Shown here: one piece after another, positions 1 through 9,986 of the stretch | Position numbering within the stretch: the stretch's first letter is position 1 | Layout: the number at the start of each line of letters is the position of its first letter | Assembly: GCA_937625935.1 (NCBI GenBank) | Contig: OW569352.1 | Coordinates: 124,001 to 188,000, forward strand | From: Tetramitus jugosus | Lineage: Eukaryota > Protista > Heterolobosea | Length of the DNA: 64,000 nucleotides | Reading direction: 5' to 3' | Program-made: the position numbers and the translations under genes | The notes under the pieces: generated by a model | What the model was told of the DNA's origin: nothing | The model's database searches: none | The model's input: the letters and a program-made list of their open reading frames with translations, nothing else

Positions 1-2
1 TT

Positions 3-824
3 CCTCTGTTTGCCTATGGAAATTTCACTCCAACAAGTGAGCAAAAGGAAGGAGCTGCCAAATATTTTGAAAACTTTATGCTGTGTGTTCCATTGTTGGC
101 CACACTAGTGTCCTATAGACCTAGAGACTCCATCATCAACATCTTTGTTTTGGCTCTGGCTTGGTACTACCATGATCTGAAGAACGAGAGAAAGTATATT
201 TATGGTACAATCTATGGTCAATATCAGAGAGGTCCTGCTAGGTATCACTCTGTACTCTTTGTGCTTGCTCTGTGGAAGGAGGGTATGATTATGAATGATC
301 TGGACGTGTGGGTGTTGTTTGGTTTGATCAGATACAGGTATGATGGTCTTGTTAAAGAAACTGTCACATGGTTCCTTCCATTCTACTATGTGAAGCACGA
401 TGAGCGCGTTCAATTGCCGAATGGTGACTATGATTGCATGAACTTTACAGTGAGAATATTGATTCTGTTCAAGATTGAGGCACACAACTCAGACTCGTTG
501 CCTCCTCCACCCTCAAGCACATTCCAAGTGGACTCTCAGAAGGAAGTTTCTCCTGTTGATAATGCCTACAGTTACAATTATGCACCACCATCGGCCAATC
601 AACCACCGCCATTCAATCCACCACCATCTAATCAATCGTACAACGTACCATTCAACGCTCCACCTCAGCCAACCTATTCCCAACAACCATACGTGCAACA
701 ACCATATGTGCAACCGCAACCGTACAGAAGTCTTCCTCCAACTCCTAAACATCTGGCTGCTAATAGTCAACCTGTTGAGCACAATCCATATACTCTACAA
801 GGATATGGTCAATCTGGATTTTAA
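3..824 (+). CDS. 5'-truncated unknown protein with aromatic/hydrophobic short repeats and Pro/Gln/Tyr-rich C-terminal tail
   Basis: The frame of ORF 78..824 stays open to the window edge (PLFAYGNFTPTSEQKEGAAKYFENFM...). Recurrent PLFAY/FVLALAWYY/LFGLIRY/FLPFYY segments, then PPF/QQPY repeats. Confidence 0.7.
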   Translation, partial: PLFAYGNFTPTSEQKEGAAKYFENFMLCVPLLATLVSYRPRDSIINIFVLALAWYYHDLKNERKYIYGTIYGQYQRGPARYHSVLFVLALWKEGMIMNDLDVWVLFGLIRYRYDGLVKETVTWFLPFYYVKHDERVQLPNGDYDCMNFTVRILILFKIEAHNSDSLPPPPSSTFQVDSQKEVSPVDNAYSYNYAPPSANQPPPFNPPPSNQSYNVPFNAPPQPTYSQQPYVQQPYVQPQPYRSLPPTPKHLAANSQPVEHNPYTLQGYGQSGF

Positions 825-859
825 TTCGTAAATCGTTGTTGTATTTAATGTTGTTCATT

Positions 860-2284
860 TTACAATCGATATCTTCTCTTTGGAGCAGGAGTTCTTCTCA
901 TATTTCTTGCTTCAAAAACAGTTCTTGCCTTGTCGTAACTGTCATCTGTCACACGTCTGAACATCTCCAGAGCACATACTGGATTGTCCTGAGGGACCAT
1001 GTGACCTGCAAACAACACTTTCCACAGTTCGAAGTTCTCGTACTTCTTTCTGAAAGCAATGTTGGTGTTGCCAAGAATACCATCAGTGTTTTCAGGATTT
1101 GGCAACTTTGGTCTCACTTCGACGTTTGCAGTCTTTTGCCATGATGACAATCCAGACCAGTTCTTCATTCTGTTGATCCATGCTTCAGTAGACAAAACAT
1201 CAACGATAACATCTAATTGGCCAGAATACACGATAACCTTGATACCAGCCTCCAACAACTGCTCCACTTGAGCAACAGATGGCTTCATAAAGTCAGCATA
1301 CAAATAAGTGAATACATCACCACTCTCCAGGTCCCACTTGATATTGTTAGGAATTGTTTTTCCAACTGGTAGCAATGAATTGAACTTCTTTCTCTGTTCT
1401 TCGTTCATGTACTTGGTCATGTTGTCATACGTGTATTCTGTGTGACGCAAAAAGTTGTAGAAGCTGACTGATCCTGCAGCACTGATAATAAGCTCTTGTT
1501 GGCTGCCCCATAGATCAGTAGCTGCTTCAAACTGATTGTTTTCCAGTGCTGTTTCAATCTTTGAAGCATACATGTCAATTTGTTCTCTTGATTGATCATC
1601 CACGTGACTCAAAGCTTGCAAATACTTGCCATAAGAGTTCACTGCATCTTGAGGACTAATCCAGCTATCACCCAGAGCAACACCAGTCAGTTTCAGACCA
1701 GGAATACCTGCCTTCAATAAACCAACAGCAATGTTGCTGTTCATCTTACCTCCATAGCTTTCACTAAAGATCCACAGTGGCTTATTGTGGAAAGAAGGGA
1801 AGCGGAGGAACATTTGCTTCATTACGGTGATAAAATGGCGCACCAAATCATCTTCACTCTTGGCGTAGCCATTCTTATTTAGCACGTAGCTATAACCACT
1901 ACCTACTGGTTGATCCACAAAAATGAGTGCATTGGCATAGTCCATCCATGTTAAGCTTCTGTTTTGAGGCTTGCTAGCTTCTCCACAGAGATCGATTGGA
2001 CCAATCTCACAAAAATCACCCATGGCACTGCTGGCACCAGGACCACCTTGAAGCCAGACTACGAGTGGATCCTTGTCATTCATTGCTTGATCCTTGAGCT
2101 TATAGAGCCAATAGAAAATATTGGCGCCATTTTGTGCGTCTACAGTGACATAATCTGCCGCTGCTTCATATTCTCTGTGATTGCTGGTGAAGGAAGTCGC
2201 AGCAACAACAGCACAAGAAATGATTAACGCCAACAAGGCAACAACCAATATAAAAGGATGTCTACTATTCATTCTTCGGTTCAT
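860..2284 (-). CDS. SCPEP1: Secreted serine carboxypeptidase, family S10 (SCPEP1/RISC-like)
   Basis: Signal peptide; WLQGGPGASS, FVDQPVGSGYSY, catalytic SESYGG, GQLDVIV and AGHMVP motifs. Confidence 0.92.
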   Translation of the reverse strand: MNRRMNSRHPFILVVALLALIISCAVVAATSFTSNHREYEAAADYVTVDAQNGANIFYWLYKLKDQAMNDKDPLVVWLQGGPGASSAMGDFCEIGPIDLCGEASKPQNRSLTWMDYANALIFVDQPVGSGYSYVLNKNGYAKSEDDLVRHFITVMKQMFLRFPSFHNKPLWIFSESYGGKMNSNIAVGLLKAGIPGLKLTGVALGDSWISPQDAVNSYGKYLQALSHVDDQSREQIDMYASKIETALENNQFEAATDLWGSQQELIISAAGSVSFYNFLRHTEYTYDNMTKYMNEEQRKKFNSLLPVGKTIPNNIKWDLESGDVFTYLYADFMKPSVAQVEQLLEAGIKVIVYSGQLDVIVDVLSTEAWINRMKNWSGLSSWQKTANVEVRPKLPNPENTDGILGNTNIAFRKKYENFELWKVLFAGHMVPQDNPVCALEMFRRVTDDSYDKARTVFEARNMRRTPAPKRRYRL

Positions 2285-2439
2285 GTTTCTTTTGTTTGTT
2301 GTGAATTTTTCCCGAACTTGCCAGTTTTTAGCTTGGAGGGGACGTGGGACTCACATTTTTTATTTACACAATTTACAGTTGATTTCACAATGTACAACAG
2401 CAGATGTCAACCACCATGAAGATGATTAGTAGGTGCACC

Positions 2440-3651
2440 TTATTGTGTCGAGCTACAACAAGCAGAGTGCAATGTGAACAAAAACAGAGATAGTGCCGTC
2501 ACCACAGCAGTGTTGGCATAAATGTTGAAGCGTGGATTGTTAGGAATCAGTATCGTGCTCCAATGAAGGTTCCGTGTCATCTTTTCCTCCTCCTCCTCCT
2601 CCTCCTGTTGTTGTTGTTGTTGTTGTTTGCTTTCAACAATCGTTGTCAAGCTATATACATGATCCTCATGGTGCACAGTCGTATCACTACTCAGTGATCG
2701 TTGTTCTGGTTCATTGATTTGAACAACACTTGATTCAATAAGCTTTTCATATGCTTCTTCTGATGCTTCTCCCTTGTCTGTCTCATCAGATGATATTGGC
2801 CTGAATGAATCACCTTCTTCTTCACTTGCTTCTGCTTCTTCTTGTTGTTGAGTTTGTGTTTCCAATCGTGGTGTTGTCGCTTGTTCTTGTAGAGCAGCAA
2901 GCTCATCACGATCAAAGTCAAATTCCCATTCAGTGAACACTGGAGAAGTCGTTGTTGTTGTCGTATCAATAGTATTCCATGATGACGACAGTGATAATGA
3001 TGCTGTTGTCGTTGCCATTGTTGTTGGCACCTGTTGTTGTTGTTGTTCCTGTTGTTCATCAGTAGTAGTAGAAGCTTCAACTGCCGTCAAGTTGTTGTTG
3101 TCGTTGCTCTCAATCATTGTATCGTCTGAAATGGTTGAAATGGTTGAAGTTGACAGTGGTGTTGCCAAAGCTTGCTCCATCTCGAATGAAAAATCATTCT
3201 CATCATTGGCACCACCACCACCTACAGTAGAAGAGGCACTTGGTTGACCACTATGGTAGTAGTCAAATGTCACATGAACAAACGACCCATCCTCATTTGT
3301 CAATTCGTCATCACTCTCATTATTATTATTATTATTATTATTGTTGTTGTTGTTGTGGATTGAATTTTTTGTATTCTTGTCGTTCATTTCATCCATCATC
3401 ATATTATTATTATTATTGGAGGTGTTAAGCTCAGCAGTGTTGTCAACAATCGTAGTTGAAGTGATGAATGGTGGTGATGAATCAACAATGTCGACATTGT
3501 TGTCTGATGCACCTTCATTCAAATAATTTTCATTGATCAGTTGACCAATGAGAGTCAATGAAGAAGATGATTGAAGTGCAGTATCATCTTCACCATCAAT
3601 ATCTTGTTGTTGTTGTTGTTGTGGGTTTTGGTATTGTGAATCAGAGCTCAT
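2440..3651 (-). CDS. Acidic low-complexity tail-anchored protein with several LIR/AIM-like motifs
   Basis: 403 aa rich in D/E/S/T/N/Q; single C-terminal hydrophobic stretch IYANTAVVTALSLFLFTL; motifs EDGSFVHV, SSSWNTI, EGDSFRPI, EEAYEKL. Confidence 0.7.
   Translation of the reverse strand: MSSDSQYQNPQQQQQQDIDGEDDTALQSSSSLTLIGQLINENYLNEGASDNNVDIVDSSPPFITSTTIVDNTAELNTSNNNNNMMMDEMNDKNTKNSIHNNNNNNNNNNNNESDDELTNEDGSFVHVTFDYYHSGQPSASSTVGGGGANDENDFSFEMEQALATPLSTSTISTISDDTMIESNDNNNLTAVEASTTTDEQQEQQQQQVPTTMATTTASLSLSSSWNTIDTTTTTTSPVFTEWEFDFDRDELAALQEQATTPRLETQTQQQEEAEASEEEGDSFRPISSDETDKGEASEEAYEKLIESSVVQINEPEQRSLSSDTTVHHEDHVYSLTTIVESKQQQQQQQEEEEEEEKMTRNLHWSTILIPNNPRFNIYANTAVVTALSLFLFTLHSACCSSTQ
3319..3355. 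repeat. (ATT)n/(GTT)n trinucleotide microsatellite encoding poly-Asn
   Basis: Visible tandem triplets; one example of many coding poly-N/poly-Q tracts in the window. Confidence 0.9.
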
Positions 3652-4261
3652 GCTATCTGAAAGATATAGAAAAGTGTGTTCTGTTTTGTTATTGTTGTTG
3701 TTGGTCTTTTTGTTTTGGTGTGTTGTTCTTTGCCAGGTTGTGTGTTCCGCAAGAAATTTTTCTGCAGCCAGGAAGGGTTCGCGGGATGAGATTCTGGAAG
3801 AAGGAGTTTAGCCACGCGTGAGAAAAATGATGTCACGTTGGGTTGTGCAGTGAGCTTTATGTGTTTGATCAGGGAGAGCTGGAAGAACTCGAAGAGCTAA
3901 GTCAGAGGTTGGAAGTGGAGGCTCTATCAAAGTGGACCAATCAAAATGATGATCCAGAAGGAGAAATTTGAAGGAAATCTAAAAAAAGAGTGTGTCTTCG
4001 TTGTTTTGACGTCATCAGTTTGTGTTGAAGATTGTCACTGAGAACTGTCTGGATTTTATTCTTGTTGTTATTTAGGATAGTTGAGAGAAGTGTGGTATGT
4101 TATCGTGTTATCCAACTCAGGCCAACGTGGTAAATCTTTTTGTACGACAAAATGAGGCTACTCACCTCAAGGACTCTTCCTTCAAATCAGCTGTTTAAAA
4201 TAAAGATAATTGAAGAATACGAATATACACACGTTCAAGACTATCAATGCCAAATTATCAT

Positions 4262-7200
4262 TCACTTTTCCAAATAGTCTGACAACTGCTTGTACGGTAA
4301 ATGCGGATTGAAGTGAATCATTTTGGAAAAGAAATCTTCAGCTTCGCTGTAGAGATTGGAAGATGAGCCATATTGATGTTCATCCTTTTTTGAAATCCCC
4401 AGCAGACTCATTTGAATCAACCTATGCACAAACAAAAAAGAAACAAAGATTACAAACTCGTTTGTTCGGATACACATCTGTGGTAAAAGAAACAATAAAA
4501 AGAATTATTCATATAATGCTTAACCATACATATGCCAAATATTGACTGCATGAGGTTTCACCAGTACCAGCTTGTAGAGAATAACCTTTGACAAGCTAAA
4601 GTTCTTTTCGCTGAATTCATGCATTGCCCACCTACATACCATTAAAAAATAACAATAAAGAGTCAAAAATACACTTTTCTAGGAATGTAACCAATCCATT
4701 AATACACATAACATGGCGATTACACACATTATTGCTAGTTGTATATCACCCTGTAAAATATTCAAAGAACACTCGAATAAATCTCCTTTCAACTTTGATT
4801 CCTGGGTCTCAAAGAACCTTGTAAGAACATTATTGTGGAATGAAAAATCTCTGACGGTCACCTTAAAAATAAGTGCCTTCAACAATGGATCTTCTTTCGT
4901 TAACTTAATTGTAGTTTGCACTTGTTTCATGGCATCCCAGCAGTATGTGTCCTGCGTTAAACACAAATCGATCACTTCTTCGTACTTGTTTCTTCCTTCG
5001 GCAATACGACTAAATTCAACAAATTCGTTCAATAGAAACTGTTTCTCTTTTGGATGATCAAAGAATATAACTAAGGCTTGCTCGAATATACTTCTGATTG
5101 TATCTGCACTTTTAAAGCTCAGAACTTCGAGACTTATGTAAACCATCCAAGCGTAGACATTATAGTGCATTGTGCGAGTAAACTTATTTTTGGGTATTGT
5201 TGTTGGTAAATCCAGAATATTTTTCATGACTTCGATTGCATTTTGAAGCATTTCATCGTTGTCTGAAACCTTTGGAAGAGATTTTTCAACATAAGAATTC
5301 AAATAGTTCCAAATTGAGGAGTTAATGCGTGAAAAGTTCGAATGTTTTGCGAAAAACAATACTGCCTTGAACCACATATATGGATCATTGATTGTCACAC
5401 GTCCAATGATCAAATCGAAGAACTCCCCAACCTTATTCAATGTGCTTTCACCTTCAAACTTATCACATATACAGTCTAAATGAAAACATAATAATTCAGG
5501 TATCTCTTCGTTTAACTTACGATCTGATAGCGCGCTCTCTCTCAAATGAGAGACTAAATCATTAAATTGTCGATCAGCCAAACAAAAGTCAGAATTCGAT
5601 CCTATCGCCAAAAATGCTTGCCTATTTAACTGGAGAGGAAGGGAATCTCTGTTCGTACCAATCTTATCTCCAAATTTGGAGAACATGTTAAGTGCTAGAT
5701 CGAACAGTCTCGAAACATCCTTCCTCTTGGTTTCAGAAATTACTTGAGCGTTAAAATTAATTCCTATTGGATGATCAACCAGTGATAAGAAGTCAATACC
5801 CACAAAATGATCCTCATAAGGAAACATGTTTTTGATGCAAATGGCAATAGCGACGAGCCATAAATTACACTTGTGTGTGGAGATTAAACATGATGAAACA
5901 TCTCCAACCATCTCACCAAAATCGCCGTCATCTCTAATTGTTAATAGAGGTGCCTCATAGGTTGCCTTTACAGCATTGATGGCCTCTTCACATCTATTTG
6001 CCTGGCAGAGTAATCTCAATTTTTCGAATAAAAGTGATGTGATAAAACGAGAACGTTGCGCATTGTCTAATTCAACATCCTTTTTGTAAACGTCAATCGC
6101 TTTTTCGATAACCTCCAACTTTGCATCCAAGTCCTCCACCGCCACTATATACCTGAACCACATAAAAATCGAAAGGTGAATTTTCTCTTCGGTGGATGCA
6201 AAAATGTCCATTAATCCTTGCCTTTCATATGATAAATTCAATCTCGATATGTACAACTCACAATACACAAGCCACAAATCACAACTGTGTGGATTCTTTT
6301 CAAGACCTCGTGAAAGAATGGACAATGCTTTCTTCACACCCTCTGAGAGATTAGTCTCAAACTCAATAATTTTCTTCATGGAATACTTGATCCAATATGA
6401 GATATCATTCGGATATTGCTGGAGGTGATTTTCATATTCAACAGAATTAATTTTGTCATAGTAACGGCTCTCAGTCTTGCTTTGATTGCTGATAATAGTG
6501 CGAGCATTTCTATCAAATAAGAAATCATCCAATACTCGCAACTCTCGTTTCTTGCTGCCTGGAGCGTACTTGGCCCCAGGAGTTTTTGAATTTTTCTTTT
6601 GTGCGTTGCTGCTTCTCTTGAGAGCATCAGTTATTCGATTAAATGTTGATTTTGATTGTTCCTGATGTTCAAAATCAGCCATATGCTGATAGGTACAGTT
6701 AGGATCGTTGCACCGCCTACCATCCAAATCATTACGACATAAAAATCGATCATAATCCACACTTGGAGGTGCTGCCGAGGCAGTTGGTTTGTTCCTTGCT
6801 GATATGAGCGGAAAGAGCGAAGTTGATCTATATGTCCTGAACGCATTGAGAGGACTCTCATAACTGGTGAATGGAACGAGTTGCTCGTTTGACTTTGATT
6901 TTTTGCTTTCATTTGTTGCTTCAGATGTCATCTTTGACTGCTCAGCGGGCGCAATCTGGATTTGATCTTCGATGGCCGAAAAGAAGGAATCACTTTGTTC
7001 GGTTAATGTGTTTTCTGCCTTCGTACACAAATATCTATCGCCACATTCTTGCATGAAGAAAATGATTGACTTTGAGTGGAATACTCTTCCAATGTTGGCT
7101 GAATCTATCTTGTTCTCTAAGTCCTCCTCTCCTTCCTCCTCTCTAACTTCTGAAGGAGACTCAATTGGTTCCTTTGTCTGCTCAGCTGATGAATTAAGCG

Positions 7201-9635
7201 GAATAAAGTCTTCAGGACTCTCACCATGAAGCTTCTTCAACAAAGCAGCTTCATGCCTTTTCAACAAAGCGGATTCAGCCTGCAATTGATCTAATCTTTT
7301 CTGATTCTGCAAAAATTCTCTCCTCTTCTCCAGCTCCAACAACTTGTCTTCCCCTGATTTTGATTTCGTTGAATTTGAGTCATTGACTGCCCTCTTCTTA
7401 GGGGTTGAGCTAGGACTCTCTGAATCGACATGATAACCTTTACCAGTTGAAATGGAAGTACTGGAAAAAGAATCCGTTGTCTTGTGACTGGAAGATGCCC
7501 GAGAAGTATTCTTACGCACAGTAAAGGTAGAATGTGATGGGGAGTCATCGTCAGAAATTGCTCTTGATGTTCTTCTGGTGTCTACAACCATCGAGTTGTG
7601 TAATTCAACTTCATATAGCTCCAGTTTCATCTGCTTGCACTCGGCTGATACCTTTTTGAACTGATCTTTTTTACGCTGCACAAGATTTTCGTGCAGATTG
7701 ATCTTGATCTTCATTGTGTCACACTCTTTCGTGCATGTTTCAATCTGCTCTGACACATCCTTCAACCGAGCATATAAGGCCTTCTTTTTCACTTCTAAGG
7801 CTATTCTCTTTTGTTCATGTGCGTACATTGACTCGGTGACTGATGACAGCATTTCCTCTTTCTGTTTTAACTCAGCTGCTATCGAATTCATCTCTTCTTC
7901 CTTTTGTTCAACTTCTTCCTTCAAGGTTTGAACTTCATCTGCATCCACAGGAATGAACTGGTTTAGTTTTTCCTTTCGAGCTTTTTTGCGGGGAGGTGTC
8001 GGTGGGACTTGGACTTCATCATCGAATACCCTTGTCCGTTTCTCTCCGACCACTATTGTGCTATAGTCTTGGTTATTCGCTCTTGATTGTACCTCCTTCT
8101 CATCTGTGGACTCATCTTCCTCACTACTGGAATCGAATCTAACAATCACATTTCGATTTACTGAATTCGGATAATGGTCGTGCATGCGTTTGTTTGTATG
8201 ACTCACTGGCGAATAAGATGTTCTTCTTGATGGAATCGATGGAGAAGGAAATATGGAATAAGGTGGTTGCGAAGGTACGTTCGGTTCAAAGGAATAATTC
8301 GGTCGGTGTTGTTTTGCTTCGTAGGGAGGCAAGGTGACCTTCGGTGGCATTCGACCAAAGCCCTGCAAATTCGTTGAGCTGTACACAGGAGCTACAGATC
8401 CCAAATGAGATACATCATATGCGCCACTATGATGATAATGCTCCATAGAAGGAGGAACAAAGTTCATAGGAGGTGTGGACACAGGTATGTTGGAATATAT
8501 AGGTATAGAAGCTGAAGGAAATGCACTATTCTGATTAGAATCACCTGGAGACTCTCCATTCACAAGCAAAATGTTCGGTTGGTCAATCGGAGATCCAAGA
8601 TCCATATCAACATAATCCTGATTCTCACCAAATGGTTGATCATAAAATCCATTGGACACATCATGATAATGCTCAGTGAGCAATGGCAGATTCTTTTGTT
8701 TCAATTTTGCACTTTTCTTTGCTTGATTGTTCGCCTTTTTCTTCTGTGCTCGTTTGTTTTTCTTCAATTTCTTCGCATCGGCTGTATCCATCTGCTTCTC
8801 CTTTCTCCGATTGAGCATTTGTGTAAATTCGTCCTCGTCGTCCTCTGCAATCACTCCAGAGTTACTGCCTTCGCTGCCTCCCGTACTACCACCTCCAACA
8901 GCTTCTTCATTGGACTCAACAGGTTCTTGTGTTGCCGTTGTTTCTGCTGTTGCCTTTTTGGATCGTGAATCGTCGTCTGATGATGACATACTTGAACGAA
9001 CAGGACTTGTCTTGTTTTGATTGTGGTTGGTAGTGGTCGTGATCGTGGATCGAAGATTTTCATTGACACTCTTCTTGACCAAATTTCGGAGCATTTGTAA
9101 ACTGGGAGTGGAGTTGGACGACGATTCTTTTGCTCCATGTTTTGTTGTTTCATCTCTGTGTTCCGTGAGAGATCAACAACAAAAAATAAAATGTGAGAAA
9201 ATCATTGAAGAAGCTTTGATTGGCAACAATCACACAACACAAAAAACAACACACTTACTTGTTTGTTGTCGTTGTCGTTGGTGTGGTTGGTGTTTCTCCA
9301 TCCAAAACAATCACGCATTCATCATCAGTATCATCATTATTTTGAATAATGGTTTGTTTTGTTGTTGACGATGCATCATCGACTACATTTGCATCCGTCA
9401 TCATTTGAACATCACCTTCATTATCCAATATTGTTGTTGTTGGCGTTGTTTTGGTGATGGCACTTTGATGATCCACACTGACATTGCTTATTTGCTCATT
9501 TTGATCTTTTGTGCTTGAAGTTGTTGTTGTTGTAGTCTCAGAAGAAGCAGAAGCTTGTCTTTGCTGTTGATGTTGTAGCCTCCGCTCACGAAGGAGTCGA
9601 AGGATTTGTTCACTTTCAGTCTTGCTACTACTCAT
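4262..9635 (-). CDS. ZFC3H1: ZFC3H1/Red1-like zinc-finger C3H1 protein with coiled coil and C-terminal HAT/TPR repeats (4 exons)
   Basis: YESPLNAFRTYR followed by LCRNDLDGRRCNDPNCTYQH finger; HAT-type repeats (ALSILSRGLEKNPHSCDLWLVY). In-frame GT-AG introns at 9156-9258, 4632-4727 and 4422-4529 join ORFs 9255..9764 (ATG 9635), 4679..9094 and 4262..4495. Confidence 0.85.
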
Positions 9636-9986
9636 TGCTGCTTGTGAGATCGACAAACGATAAATAAAAGGTGTCTCGAGAACAAGGTAGTTGGTGATTT
9701 GGTTGTTCCAAATTTTTGAAGGTGAAATCAAAAAAAGCTGAAATTCAATCAACTCGTTGAACATCTGAAAAAAATTTTGTATACATCACAGAGCGAAAAG
9801 GTTTCATTTCATTGTAAAGTATCACAATAGAAAATTGTGAAGAACTTCGGGAAAATGTTTAGTGAACCTTTGACCAAAATTGGTGGTTGGGTTAAAAATT
9901 CTTGGTTTCTCCCAGAGCTACCATCTGCGAAAGACACAAATCGGTAAGTTTTTGACACAACCATCCGATAAAATTTGCATTGTTCT

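Noticed and set aside
4007-4014. TGACGTCA CRE palindrome upstream of the LIR-rich gene
   Set aside because: A single 8-mer in 64 kb is expected by chance; no supporting evidence.
9255-9764. 169-aa ORF as a stand-alone gene
   Set aside because: It ends at a GTAAGT donor and splices in frame into the ZFC3H1-like ORF.
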